Translations under genes and position numbers: made by a program
Source of the DNA: Macrostomum lignano
Lineage: Eukaryota
Assembly (NCBI GenBank): GCA_002269645.1
Contig: NIVC01000921.1
Location: forward strand, 186,001-250,000
DNA length: 64,000 nucleotides
Direction of reading: 5' to 3'
The notes under the pieces: model-generated
Databases searched by the model: none
The model's input: the letters and a program-made list of their open reading frames with translations, nothing else
What the model was told of the DNA's origin: nothing
Shown here: one piece after another, positions 11,788 through 22,728 of the stretch
How positions within the stretch are numbered: the first letter of the stretch is position 1
How the letters are laid out: every line of letters starts with the position of its first letter

Positions 11788-14700
11788 TCAGGCCGAGTCG
11801 CCAAGCAGCGCCGCGATGCCCTGGCAGCAGCCGATGGCCTGCATCGCCCGCACCAGCTGCTGACAGTGCAGCGGCTGCAGCAGCTGCAGTCCCTCATACA
11901 GTAGGCCTGCCGCGGGTTGCCCCCTGGCCTGGCCGCGTTCTAGCAGCTGACGCAGCTCGCCAGGCAGCATCTCCAGCAGCAGCAGCAGCGGCTCGAAGAC
12001 CGCCTGAACAGCCGGGCAGCAGCAGAGCCGGCCGAGCTGCTCCGGTGTGACCAGCTTGTCTGGCGAGATGGACAGCTTGGCCAGATTGACGGCCATACAT
12101 GCGCAACTGCTGGCCGACCTGGCCGATCCGGCCACCGTAAATCGTGGCTGACCAGGGGTAAGTCGCAAAATTGAGTCAACCAAAAACAGAAAAACACAAG
12201 AACCAAGAAAGGCAAGAGGAAAGCGAAAGAAAGAGCAGTTCAGGGAAAATCGTGAAGCAAAAGAAAAAAAATTCGCAAAAGAAGCAAACTAAGTTGTAAA
12301 AATAATCAGGTAAGTCGCAAAAAGGATCAGGTAAGTCGCAAAAGAAGCAAACTAAGTCGCAAAAGGATCAGGTAAGTCGCAAAAGGGTTAGGTAAGTCGC
12401 AAAAAGGATTAGGTAAGTCGCAAAAAGGATTAGGTAAGTCACAAAGGGTTAGGTAAGTCGCAAAAGGGTTAGGTAAGTCGCAAAAGGGTTAGGTAAGTCG
12501 CAAAAGGATCAGCTAAGTCGCAAAAAGGATTAGGTAAGTCGCAAAAAGGATTAGGTAAGTCACAAAAAGGATTAGGTAAGTCGCAAAAAGGATTAGGTAA
12601 GTCGCAAAAAGGATTAGGTAAGTCACAAAGGGTTAGGTAAGTCGCAAAAGGATTAAGTAAGTCGCAAAAAGGATTAGGTAAGTCGCAAAAAGGATTAGGT
12701 AAGTCACAAAGGGTTAGGTAAGTCGCAAAAAGGATTAGGTAAGTCGCAAAAAGGATTAAGTAAGTCGCAAAAGGGTTAGGTAAGTCGCAAAAGGATCAGC
12801 TAAGTCGAAAAAAGGATTAAGTAAGTCGCAAAAAGGATTAGGTAAGTCGCAAAAAGGATTAGGTAAGTCACAAAGGGTTAGGTAAGTCGCAAAAGGGTTA
12901 GGTAAGTCGCAAAAGGGTTAGGTAAGTCGCAAAAGGGTTAGGTAAGTCGCAAAAGGATCAGCTAAGTCGCAAAAAGGATTAGGTAAGTCGCAAAAAGGAT
13001 TAGGTAAGTCACAAAAAGGATTAGGTAAGTCGCAAAAAGGATTAGGTAAGTCGCAAAAAGGATTAGGTAAGTCACAAAGGGTTAGGTAAGTCGCAAAAGG
13101 ATTAAGTAAGTCGCAAAAAGGATTAGGTAAGTCGCAAAAAGGATTAGGTAAGTCACAAAGGGTTAGGTAAGTCGCAAAAAGGATTAGGTAAGTCGCAAAA
13201 AGGATTAAGTAAGTCGCAAAAGGGTTAGGTAAGTCGCAAAAGGATCAGCTAAGTCGAAAAAAGGATTAAGTAAGTCGCAAAAAGGATTAGGTAAGTCGCA
13301 AAAAGGATTAGGTAAGTCACAAAGGGTTAGGTAAGTCGCAAAAGGATTAAGTAAGTCGCAAAAAGGATTAAGTAAGTCGCAAAAAGGATTAGGTAAGTCG
13401 TAAAAGGGTTAGGTAAGTCGCAAAAGGATTATGTAAGTTGCAAAAAGGATTAAGTAAGTCGCAAAAAGGATTAGGTAAGTCGCAAAAAGAAGCAACTAAG
13501 TCGCAATAAGAGGGAAGTAAGTCACAATTAGAGGCAATCAGGGGGTAGTAGGTGCAAGTGTGGCAGGAGAGCAAAAACAGAATAGAAGCCTTCAACCACA
13601 GACAAGATCTTTGAAATCAGAAGCCCGCGTCAACATTTTCCCATTGATTTCCTAAACTCTGGAGCAGGGGTTGGCAAACTCCGGCTCGCGAAGCCCCTCT
13701 ATCTGGCCCTCGCCCCTCGGGTTCTTTGAAACTTCCTAACTACGAGTAGCAAGGTTGGTGTCTCTTCAACTCTCATCTCTCTCTTCTTCTCTACCTTGCC
13801 TCCCCTCTTCTCTCTCTCCCCCTTTTCCCTCTTCTCTCTCCTCTCATTTTTACTCTCCTCTCTTCTCCCCCTTTCTCTCTACTCTTTCTCCTCAATGCCC
13901 TCTTCTCTCCTCTTATCTTCAGCAAAAATATGTGCATATTTTCTTACTTCAAAGTAGAGGGAATAGAAGATTAGAGATAAGCAAACAGAGGAGAGGCGAG
14001 CGATGCGATGGGAGAAAAGATAGAAGAGGAGAGAAAAGCTGAGGGAGGAAAAAGAGATGAGAGAGAAGAGGAGATGAGAGGAAAGAGGAAAGAAAAGATG
14101 ATGGATGAGATCAGAAGAGAGGAAAGAGGAGAGAGTAGATGAGAGAAGAGAGGATAAAGAGGAGATGAGAGGAGAGATGAGAGAGTAGAAAAGAGAGGAG
14201 AGATAAGATGAGAGAGTAGAGTGGAGAGAGACGAGAGGGAAGATAAGATGAGAGAGTAGAGTGGAATGGAGAGAGACGAGAGGAGAGATAAGAATGTAGA
14301 GAGGAGACAGAAGAGATAGGAGAGGAGAGGAAAGAGAGAAGGGATAAGGGATGAGAGAGAAAAGAAAAAGAGGATGAGAAGATTGAGGAATGGAGAGAAT
14401 TTGCAAAGGCCTCAAATCTTAGTTTAACATGCATTACTCCCATCTTTGCCTTTTTCCTAACTGTTAACAAGTTTTTGTTTGAGCATGACTTCAAATTTAG
14501 AATCTATGCAAAAATAGTTCCGGGAATTAGAATTCAGTGGTTTAAAAATCTGTGGGTTTTCACAGCTTGTATCTCTACTGGATTCGTATTCTGCATCTGA
14601 TGAGCCATCTGAATCAGGGCTCTCATCTTCCATGCCAAATCGTCTAGCAAATCGTTCTTGAGCTATAGGTCACACTGTATTCACTTCACTTACTTCTGGA

Positions 14701-16892
14701 CATTCATGAATCATGACTTTTGTAGTATGCTCACTACACTGTACTGACAATTTACTAATTGCTTCATGCCGCCACTAGATGACACTGATTAGCTGTTATA
14801 AAAACGCGGAATCTGCACGCAGCACTAATTAGCTAGCGAGGCATTTAGCTTTAAAAATATGGTCATAGTTACTCTTGCCGTTTACCTAAAGTTTTTGCTT
14901 GGCTCTTTCATAGGTAAGTCGCATTTTTTATCGAAAACTAAGTCGCACGGCCAGCGTAATTTCAGAAGTTGCGCATGTATGTTGACGGCCGTCATGGAGG
15001 CCGGGCCCAAGTCGGTGGAGGAGAACTCGGGCTCCGCAGGCTCCGGGACAGGGACAATTGAGTCCGTCTCGGTTGTCTCAAGCTCCATCTTAAGCAGCTG
15101 ACTGACGGATTCCCCGGGCAGGCAGCCGTTCCAGGCTTCGATTGCCCGATCGAACGGCGGCCGATCTGTCACCACGTATTGGGCGACATTCGCCCAGCTG
15201 GACGCTTGAGTTGCCGCCGGCCAGCGAGCTCGGATTCGGTTGCTAAGCAGGCTGGTCAACTGTTTGGAGCTGAGCTGTCTTCGCGGACAGGCCAGAGTGA
15301 AGACTTCGAAGCAAGACAGCCCGTAGGCGAGTCGATCCTGATCCAAGCAGGCCGGCTGCGGTCCAATTACGCCTGAGTCAAAGCCGCCAATCTAGTAGGG
15401 GGCAAATAGGTAAACGGCGGGAGTAATTATGAACGAGTTGCCTCGTCAGCTAATAAGTTGCTTATTGATCTTGTTTATTGAATAAAAAGGGATCAACTAT
15501 GACCAAATTGCCTAAGCTTCCACCTCATTGTCTTGTAAGTTTTATCAGTTTATCTAACAAGCAGTTAACTATTCTTCACTTAGCAGAAATTCTCACGCCT
15601 TCTCACCTTGGCCTGCAGACTGGCTGTTATTAAAATGTTTCTGGAACTAAAACTGCCGTGACAAATTGGCGGCTTCTCAACGCTGTGCAGGTGATGAAAG
15701 CCTTCGGCAATTTGGCGCAGCCAGAGCGACAGCAGAAGCGGACTCACCGGCTGGCGCTGCGAAATGGGAACAAGTTTGATTGAGCAATACTGGCCACGAA
15801 ACAGATAATAAAACCCATCTTAGATTAAAGGTAAAGCATTTTATATAAAATTTGAAATCTCGATTAGGGATTTGACATCCCGATTAAGGATTTGACATCC
15901 CGATTAAGGATTTCACATCCCGATTAAGGATTTGACATCCCGATTGAGGATTTCACATCCCGATTGAGGATTCGACCTACCGATTGAGGATTTGACATTT
16001 CGATTGGGGGAGGGGGTTGACATCCCGATTGGGGATTTGACATCTCTATTGGGGATTTGACATCCCGATGGAGGATTCGACATCCCGATGGGGATTTGAC
16101 ATCTCGATTGGGGAATTGACATCTCGATTGGGGAATTGACATCTCGATTGGGGAATTGACATCTCGATTGGGGAATTGACATCTCGGTTGGGGAATTGAC
16201 ATCTCGATTGAGGAATTGACATCTCGATTGAGGATTTGACGATGGGGGATTTGAAATCCCCATTGAGGATTTGACATTTCTATTTTGGATTTGACAACGC
16301 GATCTCAGGTTTTCGGTGCCACAATCTAAAAGCTCACAATTGTACTGTTTAAAAGTACACTCACCCGATCTGACTGAGCCAGGCTGAACTCCAAAACATT
16401 GCCATGCTCACAGTGCTCCATCACAATGCCCATCAACATGACATTTTGCTCCATATAAAAAGCCACTGAGCTGAGGAGTGCTGAGTGGTTTGCTTTAATT
16501 TTTTTCAATATATTAAACTGATTACTTATCAGCTTAGTGGCCGTTGTGCTGCAATGTTAGCAAATTGGTTTTTTATTAGAAACAAAGAATCTGAAAAGTG
16601 GAAAAATCATAAAGCTGACAGAGTCTGAGCAAGTGTCATACATCTGTACGCTTGTAGAACTAGATGTAGGCTTCATTTTCTTCAAAAAGTAGCGCTGATC
16701 AGTGGAGTCTTCCTTCCATTTGCAGCAAGCATATGAGAAGTAGCCGCTATCTGAAATGTGTAAAAAATAAAAAGTTAAAATCAACAGATACATAGATAGA
16801 CAGGTAATTCTAAAAGAAAAAGGCATACCAATAGGTGCAGGCTCTAGATCACGAAGGTTATCTTGATTGACAGTAATTTTACTTGATAGCAT
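11788..16892 (-). CDS. Pseudokinase + C-terminal death-fold protein (RIPK1-like architecture), ~391 aa, last exon interrupted by a transposon: join(16829..16892,16650..16750,16365..16517,15607..15756,14982..15391,11788..12085)
   Basis: All exons are GT-AG bounded and in phase. Kinase subdomains in order: IDSGYFSYA (Gly loop), YFLKK (beta3 Lys), FNILKKIKANH, GIVMEHCEHGNV, WLRQIAEGFHHLH...PPICHGSFSSRNIL, AK|IGGFD, DRLAYGLSCFEVFT, DRPPFDRAI. Removing the insert plus one TSD joins MTAVN-LAKL in frame to a six-helix death-domain-like tail (VFEPLLLLLEM...PAAGLLYEGL...CQQLVRAMQAIGCCQGIAALL). The exon-2 donor position is less certain. Confidence 0.78.
12305..13505. repeat. ~21-bp subterminal tandem array (GGTAAGTCGCAAAAAGGATTA)n inside the transposon
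   Basis: About 55 units. The core TAAGTCGCA also occurs singly at 12157, 14915, 14939 and in related elements. Confidence 0.95.
13665..13730 (+). mobile_element. Fragment of a second hAT-type terminus (CAGGGGTTGGCAAACTCCGGCTCGCG)
   Basis: Resembles the common CAGGGGTNGGCAAACT...CGGCCCGCG TIR of hAT/Charlie-type MITEs; no partner end found. Confidence 0.45.
13760..14400. repeat. CT-rich then GA-rich low-complexity tracts
   Basis: Polypyrimidine tract 13760-13920 and polypurine tract 13980-14400. Confidence 0.85.
14815..14886 (-). pseudogene. Degenerate 28S rRNA-like fragment (region around the R2/I-PpoI site)
   Basis: GGTAAACGGCAAGAGTAACTATGACCATATTTTTAAAGCTAAATGCCTCGCTAGCTAATTAGTG compared with conserved 28S GGTAAACGGCGGGAGTAACTATGACTCTCTTAAGGTAGCCAAATGCCTCGTCATCTAATTAGTG. 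Confidence 0.75.
15409..15455 (+). pseudogene. Second degenerate 28S rRNA-like fragment, in a pseudokinase intron
   Basis: GGTAAACGGCGGGAGTAATTATGA...TGCCTCGTCAGCTAAT; the central CTCTCTTAAGGTAGCCAAA is replaced by ACGAGT. Confidence 0.7.
15858..16300. repeat. 20-bp minisatellite (GGGATTTGACATCCCGATTG)n
   Basis: Direct periodicity; lies in the intron between pseudokinase exons 3 and 4. Confidence 0.93.
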
Positions 16893-17125
16893 GATTCATG
16901 AATTTAAAGAGATGGTGCATCAGTACAGAAACAATTAATTTAATCAATTTATTAGTTTAAATTCAGTTACTGGTTTATTTTTTCATTTTAAATATTTATC
17001 CCCTGTTACTAGCAATTTGTAAATTAGCATAATAGTAGTACTCGTACAATAGTGCAATGGTTTTATTCCTTGCCTTAGTGGCACTTATTGAACAGGTAGC
17101 ATTAAACTATGACAACTATTTTGCG

Positions 17126-17297
17126 CATGCTTGGGCGCAAACTTGGGATTCACTCGGCCGTTTCTATTGGCAACACACACATGTAAGTCGCTATTGGACG
17201 GAAAAGTAGTCACGTGACTGGTATCAGCCAATAGCGACTTACATGTGTGTGTTGCCAATAGAAACGGCCGGGTGATTCCCAAAGTTGCGCATGCATG
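17126..17297. mobile_element. 172-bp hairpin MITE of the CATACATGCGCAAC family
   Basis: Arms of about 70 bp are inverted (GGGATTCACTCGGCCGTTTCTATTGGCAACACACACATGTAAGTCGCTATTGG / CCAATAGCGACTTAC...GTGATTCCC); 8-bp TSD ATTTTGCG at 17118-17125 and 17298-17305. Confidence 0.9.
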
Positions 17298-17329
17298 ATT
17301 TTGCGGAATAACTGTATCGCTTTTAATGT

Positions 17330-18420
17330 ACAATCGCTCTCTATGTACATCGTTGACTCAGTCCTAACTCGCATAAATAAAGCGAGCACTGCCTCACGGG
17401 GCCTATGCTGATTTTTGCACTGCCAAATAGCAAGTGTTACAAGTGGTAGCAGAGATCAGAATGACAAAGGGCAGCCACCGCGCGATTCTGAGAACTTTTA
17501 GGCTCTGGCAACTTTAATGAGTGGCTGCAGCGGTTTGAGCTGTGTGCAGCAGCCAACAAGTGGACAAACGACAAACACTTGCATCTGCCAACAATTCTGG
17601 ATGGCGAGGCTCTGGTAGTCTTCTTTGAGCTTGGCGACGAGGAAAAGAGCGACTACAGTCAAGTGTGACCAAAGCATTAACGCAGTGATTAACCGAGGCA
17701 TTTCTCACTTCTCAGCGCTGGAGGCATTCGAGATCCAGAAGCTGCTGCCTGGTGAACCTCCTCGGCTGTTTCTCTACCGCCTGAGGCAGCTGCTCAAGGA
17801 CGCTGAAATCAGCAACAAGAATGCCACGGACAGCATGCTGACCCATCACTTCATTCGCGGACTGCCGGCGGATGTCAGCACTGACGCGTCAGTCAAGACG
17901 CCTGCTACTGGAGGTGCTTTCTGCCACCACGGATGAAAGCCAATCAGCCTCTCGCAGCAGCAGCCAGAACTGCTTGCGGCAGTGCTGAGACTGCAGATTT
18001 GAGGGCTATGGTCAACTTGCTGCAGGCGACAGTCCAAGACCTGGCGGCGAAGCTAAGCTCAGAGGCTTCAGACTCCTGCGTGGTTCGCAGTGCGAGGAGA
18101 CAGCACGAGGTGACCTGCTGGAATGGCAACCACTGTGGCCACATTGCCAGGAACTGCAAGCAGCCATTGGGAAATGGCACTGACCAGGGTGGAGCCCACA
18201 ACCCTGGCCAGTTCTGAGCACAGGGCCCAGCATGAGTGGATTGTTTTGGGGTGCATAGGGGGGCAGGCTGGACAGTGCTTGAGCAGCGCAGCAACTTATT
18301 CTGCATTTGCTGCAACTTTGGCAGCTAGCCGGTCCACTAGTCACATACAAACCAGCTGCACTAATGGTTAGCAGACACCAAGCAGCTCTGCTAGCAGCAA
18401 GTAGCCTACCAAGTTGCACC
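17330..18420 (+). mobile_element. Ty3/Gypsy-type LTR retrotransposon remnant (LTR end, PBS, decayed gag)
   Basis: ...TGTTACA (17441), then AG, then TGGTAGCAGAG (17444-17454, complement of the tRNA-iMet 3' end). Downstream: GNFNEWLQRFELCAAANKW...LPTILDGEAL (gag N-terminus) and a degenerate knuckle CWNGNHCGHIARNC; stops and frameshifts present. Confidence 0.8.
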
Positions 18421-18486
18421 AAAATTGTCATTTTTCCATATAGATATAATTGCCATATAGATATAAGTATTCTTGGACCTATTGGA

Positions 18487-18604
18487 AGTAAGTCGCTATT
18501 GGACAGAATAGTAGTCATGTGACTGCTCTCAGCCAATAGCGACTTACATGTGTGTGTGTTGCCAATAGAAACGACTGAGTGATTCCCAAGGTTGCGCATG
18601 TATG
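18487..18604. mobile_element. 5'-truncated copy of the 172-bp MITE
   Basis: GTAAGTCGCTATTGG...CCAATAGCGACTTACATGTGTG...GTGATTCCCAAGGTTGCGCATGTATG matches 17185-17297. Confidence 0.85.
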
Positions 18605-18989
18605 TTACAAAATGCACCTGTAATATTAAATGAATATCAACTTAAATTACCTTTTGACTATTCTTTCTTTTCTTTTACTTATTCTTTCCCCTCTTTTCTT
18701 TGCTTTCTTTTTTCCTCTCTCCCATCTTTCCCCCTTTTGTCTCTTTTTCTTTATTAATCTTTTTTTATAATTTTTATTAAATAAAATAATAAAAGCTCCA
18801 TTTCAATTACCAAGATCTGTGAAAGCAATGCCTGTTTAGGACTACCAGTTGGTTTCTAAGAAGCCTCCTTTGCAATCTAGTCTTCTTTGATAGTGGCAAA
18901 TGCTAGATAGCTTCCTTATTAGCTAATAAAGACTAAGACTTGACTTTATTTGCAGACTTGACTGCACCACGGTTCAGATAAATGCCGCC

Positions 18990-21900
18990 TCCTCCACGAG
19001 TCCACGGGGTCAAGTCGGAGAGCCGCGCTTAACTGCTGCGGCGGCCAACAGCGGCAGGACCAAGCGGGGGGCAGCGGAGCGCCCGCCGGCGTGTTGAGCG
19101 TCGACGTGAGCTTAATCGGCGAGGTCGGCTGCGTGGCGCCGCCCGCCAAGCCGCCGCCGCACTGGTCCCATCGGATCTTCTGGGTGGCGCCAGGGACCGT
19201 GAGGCCCAACTTCATCGGGCCCCAGCTGTACCACAGGGAGTACTTCGGGTCGGGACGTTCAACTGCCGGACCCTGAAAGATTCCTGGTGGAGAGGGCAGC
19301 TAGCGAAGCTAGCACTCGACCTCAGCTGCGACGGCAGGAGGTATCCATCAAGGCTGACCCGGGAATTCACTCTGAGGACCTGGGTGCTGGCTGGACCTTC
19401 TGGTACACCTCAGCTAACCACCGTGGCCGAGGAGGAGTAGGGGCGCTGATCGGGCCGAGGCTGCAGCAGAGCTGCTGCTGCGTCTCTCTGTCTGACCGGC
19501 TGCTTCGTGTCGATGTCCGGCTTCGCGGCTGGAACGCCCGCCTGTTCTGCGCGTACGCACCGCCCGCCACCCGCCCAGATGAAGCTCAGACCTTCTTTGA
19601 CTTCCTTTCGGAGCAGGTTGAAGCGACGGCACAGCGCGACACGGTGATCGTGCTCGGCGATCTCAACGCTGTGCCGCGCCGCTCCGAGCGGTCGCTCTGT
19701 CACACCACGCGAGAACGGCAACACTGGAGCGCTGGACGACTTCCTGGCCAGGCACGATCTGGTGTCAGTCAACAGCCGCTTCCGCCGGCCGCCTAGCAGG
19801 CTCGCCACCTTTGAGGGCTGCCAGCGCCGGCGACGGAACGCGCGGGGTCGGTTCGCCACGCGGAGGCTAGCACAGCGGGACCACGTGCTTGTGCGCTTTC
19901 GCGAGCGCGGCCGCGCCATCAACTGCCGCATCATCACGCCGCTGGCTCTACGCTCCGACCACCGGCTTGTCATCTGCGACCTTCATGTCCGGGACCCTCT
20001 GTACCGGCCGCCAAAGCGACTGCAGCGGCGCTACTAACGTGCGCTCAAGAACACCAAGACGCGCCGCCGCTTTGCAAACGCCTTCTGCACTGAGCTGGAG
20101 GGCGCGCGTAGCTCCGCCGAGTATGCAGCAGTCAGCGCAGCTGTCCGCACCGCCGCGGAGCAGTCGGTACCGCTGATGCGGCCAACACAGCGGGGACAAC
20201 CAGCCTGGATGGAGGATGAGGAGGTTAGACAGGCGGCAGACAACATGAAACGCATCCGGCTGAATGGCCAGCCTGCGCACGAGGCGGAGGAGGCTCTGGC
20301 GCGTGTCTACCAAGAGCAGGAGCTCGCCGCTGTCGACGACGCCATCCGAGCCGTCTCTGCTGCGGGCCCCGACGCAAGGGGCCGTGTGGCCTGGGCCACC
20401 ATCAATACCCCGACGGGACGCAAGCGGCGTGCAGCACTAAACCTGGCAGGCGACACCTCGAACGAACGCAGGAACAGCTTGCGCACGTTCTTCGCCGCCA
20501 TCGTCAACGCGCCGCCACCGACCACACTTACCAGCCGATCTGCATTTGCCGCCCGAAATACCTGTGCCAACGGCGGAGCAGTTCAACACCAGCCCAGTCA
20601 CCACTGCCGACGTTTTGAAACTTGTCTTTAATACCCCAGGCGGAAAGGCACTGGGGCCAGACGAGGTGCCAATCGAGGCGCTGCGCATCCATTGCGTGGC
20701 CACTGAGGTCACCCGTGTGATAAACGGCGTGCTCGCTGGAGGTCCGGCGCCCACTGAGTGGACCCTAGCGCACATCGTCGGCATCCCAAAGAAGCCAGGC
20801 ACAACCAAACTGGAGGAGCACCGAGGTATCTGCCTAATGTCCATCGCCGCAAAGCTTTTCAACCGGCTTCTGCTCGCCCGGCTGCAGCCCATGCTAGATC
20901 CTTACCTGCGGATCGAGCAGAACGGGTTTCGGCCAAGGCGCGGCACCGTCACGCAGATACTGGCCCTTCAGCGAGTCATCGAGGAGGCGCGCACGCGCCA
21001 GTCGAACCTGATCGTGGTATTTGTTGACTTCAAAAAGGCCTTCGACTCGGTCGCCAGAAGCGCGTTTTCCGCTGGTGCTTAGAGCGTACAACGTACCGCA
21101 GCAACTGGTCAATGCCACGATGGCGCTGTACCAAAACACCAGAGCTGCGGTGGTGACCCCAGACGGTCTCTCGGACACCTTCGATACGTCATCCGGAGTA
21201 CTCCAGAGGGACACGCTGGCGCCATTTCTGTTTGTACTGGTGCTGGACTGGGTGCTGCAGACTGCTTTGCCCACGGCCGAGGACGGCTTACTCCTGCAGC
21301 GCCGTGTGGGTCGCCGCCAACCAGAGCGCCGCCTCAGCATCTTAGGCTACGCCGACGACCTCGCCCTGCTGTCATCAACTGTCGAAGGCGCCCAACATCA
21401 GCTGGACCGGCTGGTTGGCGTTGCTGCGAGCGTCGGCCTGGTGGTCAACACGCAGAAGACCGTCGTGCTCACCACGCCATCCGACATCCAAGCCGACATC
21501 TGCTGAGGTGCCAATGGGCAGGCGATGCCGCTGCCACGCTGTCAGCAGTTTGTGTACCTTGGTGGTCTGGTGCCCGATGCCTCCGACGACCTGAGGCGTC
21601 GCCGCGGACTCGCCTGGGCAGCCTTCAACTTTGTGAGGACCGTCCTACACTCTGCGGCCCTGCCAGACCACCAGCGTTCGGCGCTGTTCCAGGCGGTGAT
21701 TGAGACCATCCTGCTTTACAACGCCAAGACATGGACGCTGACTAAGACACTTGAGCAGCAGGTGGATGTGGCCCACGCCGGCCTGCTGTGCACCACCTTT
21801 AAGATTGGCGGTGGCGAGCACATCTCCAATGCGGCGCTGTATGCCTGAGCCCACCTTGCCTACCCCAGCGACCTGCTTTGACGCCATCAGCTCTAGCTGG

Positions 21901-22040
21901 CAGGCCACCTATCCGCGCCAAGACATACTGCCCCGAGCCAGTACAGGAGACGCTGCTAAAGCTTCCAGTGCCCCTCTGGCGAGGGCAGGCGCCTACCCAG
22001 ATTGCCTACTGGCGCCCCTGACCAAGCCAATGGCCTAGCC
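18990..22040 (+). mobile_element. Decayed non-LTR retrotransposon, RTE-like (APE + RT), frameshifted
   Basis: APE motifs VGTFNCRTL (19246), GVGALIG, LFCAYAP, VLGDLNA, SDHRLV. RT motifs EWTLAHIVGIPKK, RGICLMSIAAKLFN, EQNGFRP, FVDFKKAFDSV, GVLQRDTLAPFLF, LGYADDLAL, FVYLGG. Spread over several broken frames; ends approximate. Confidence 0.9.
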
Positions 22041-22288
22041 TTCCTTCGCTCCTGCGCTCTGAGGCACACCCTGTGACACCCATTGCTGACTCTGGGGCAT
22101 AACTTCTTGTGTTGTTATTAGCTTTATTTATCTTAATTTAAGGCCTACCATCCCAACTTTAATATTCATTGATATCAAAAATGCTGTTTAAGTCCTTGAC
22201 CCCAAAGACTTACAAGCTCTCCTTGTATTGAAAGTAAAAACATTTATTTTAACTTAAAACCCTTAATTCTAATCCCAATATGCATTTA

Positions 22289-22322
<34 letters not shown>

Positions 22323-22728
22323 ATGAATACGATAATTTTATAATTAGTCACATAGCATAGTAATAAAGCCTAATGTTTTCTAAAGATATTAAAACTAAGA
22401 TGGAGATTAAAAAACTTAGATTTTAATAATTAAAATTAGATTGAGATCTTTTTTAACCATAACTAGTTTTTTTTGCCAAGGAATAGTTAAAGAGAAATTA
22501 TTAATGAGCAAATTAGAACAATAATGGCATAGTTGTAGATTGTAGATTTTGTTTAGTTAGAAAAAGTGTTCTAGTTTTTGATGTAAATCATATAATATAT
22601 AAAGATATTATATAGGGCCTAGTATCCCAACTTTTTAAATTGCATCCTAAAAATTGGATCTTTAGGTGCAAATTTGCATTTTAGTACTAGTGGAAAAAAC
22701 CTAGGCCAAGGCCAGGGCCAAGACAAAA

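Larger units (their letters stand above)
12094..14981. mobile_element. Non-autonomous cut-and-paste DNA transposon (hAT- or P-superfamily type), 2888 bp
   Basis: TIR CATACATGCGCAACT at both ends; perfect 8-bp TSD TTGACGGC at 12086-12093 and 14982-14989. Excision restores the host ORF. No intact transposase is seen inside. Confidence 0.93.

Noticed and set aside
14990-15346. Second death domain in ORF 14882..15346
   Set aside because: Better explained as kinase subdomains IX-XI once joined to the upstream exons.
14815-15455. Functional rRNA gene
   Set aside because: Only 45-70 nt, degenerate, and no flanking rDNA.
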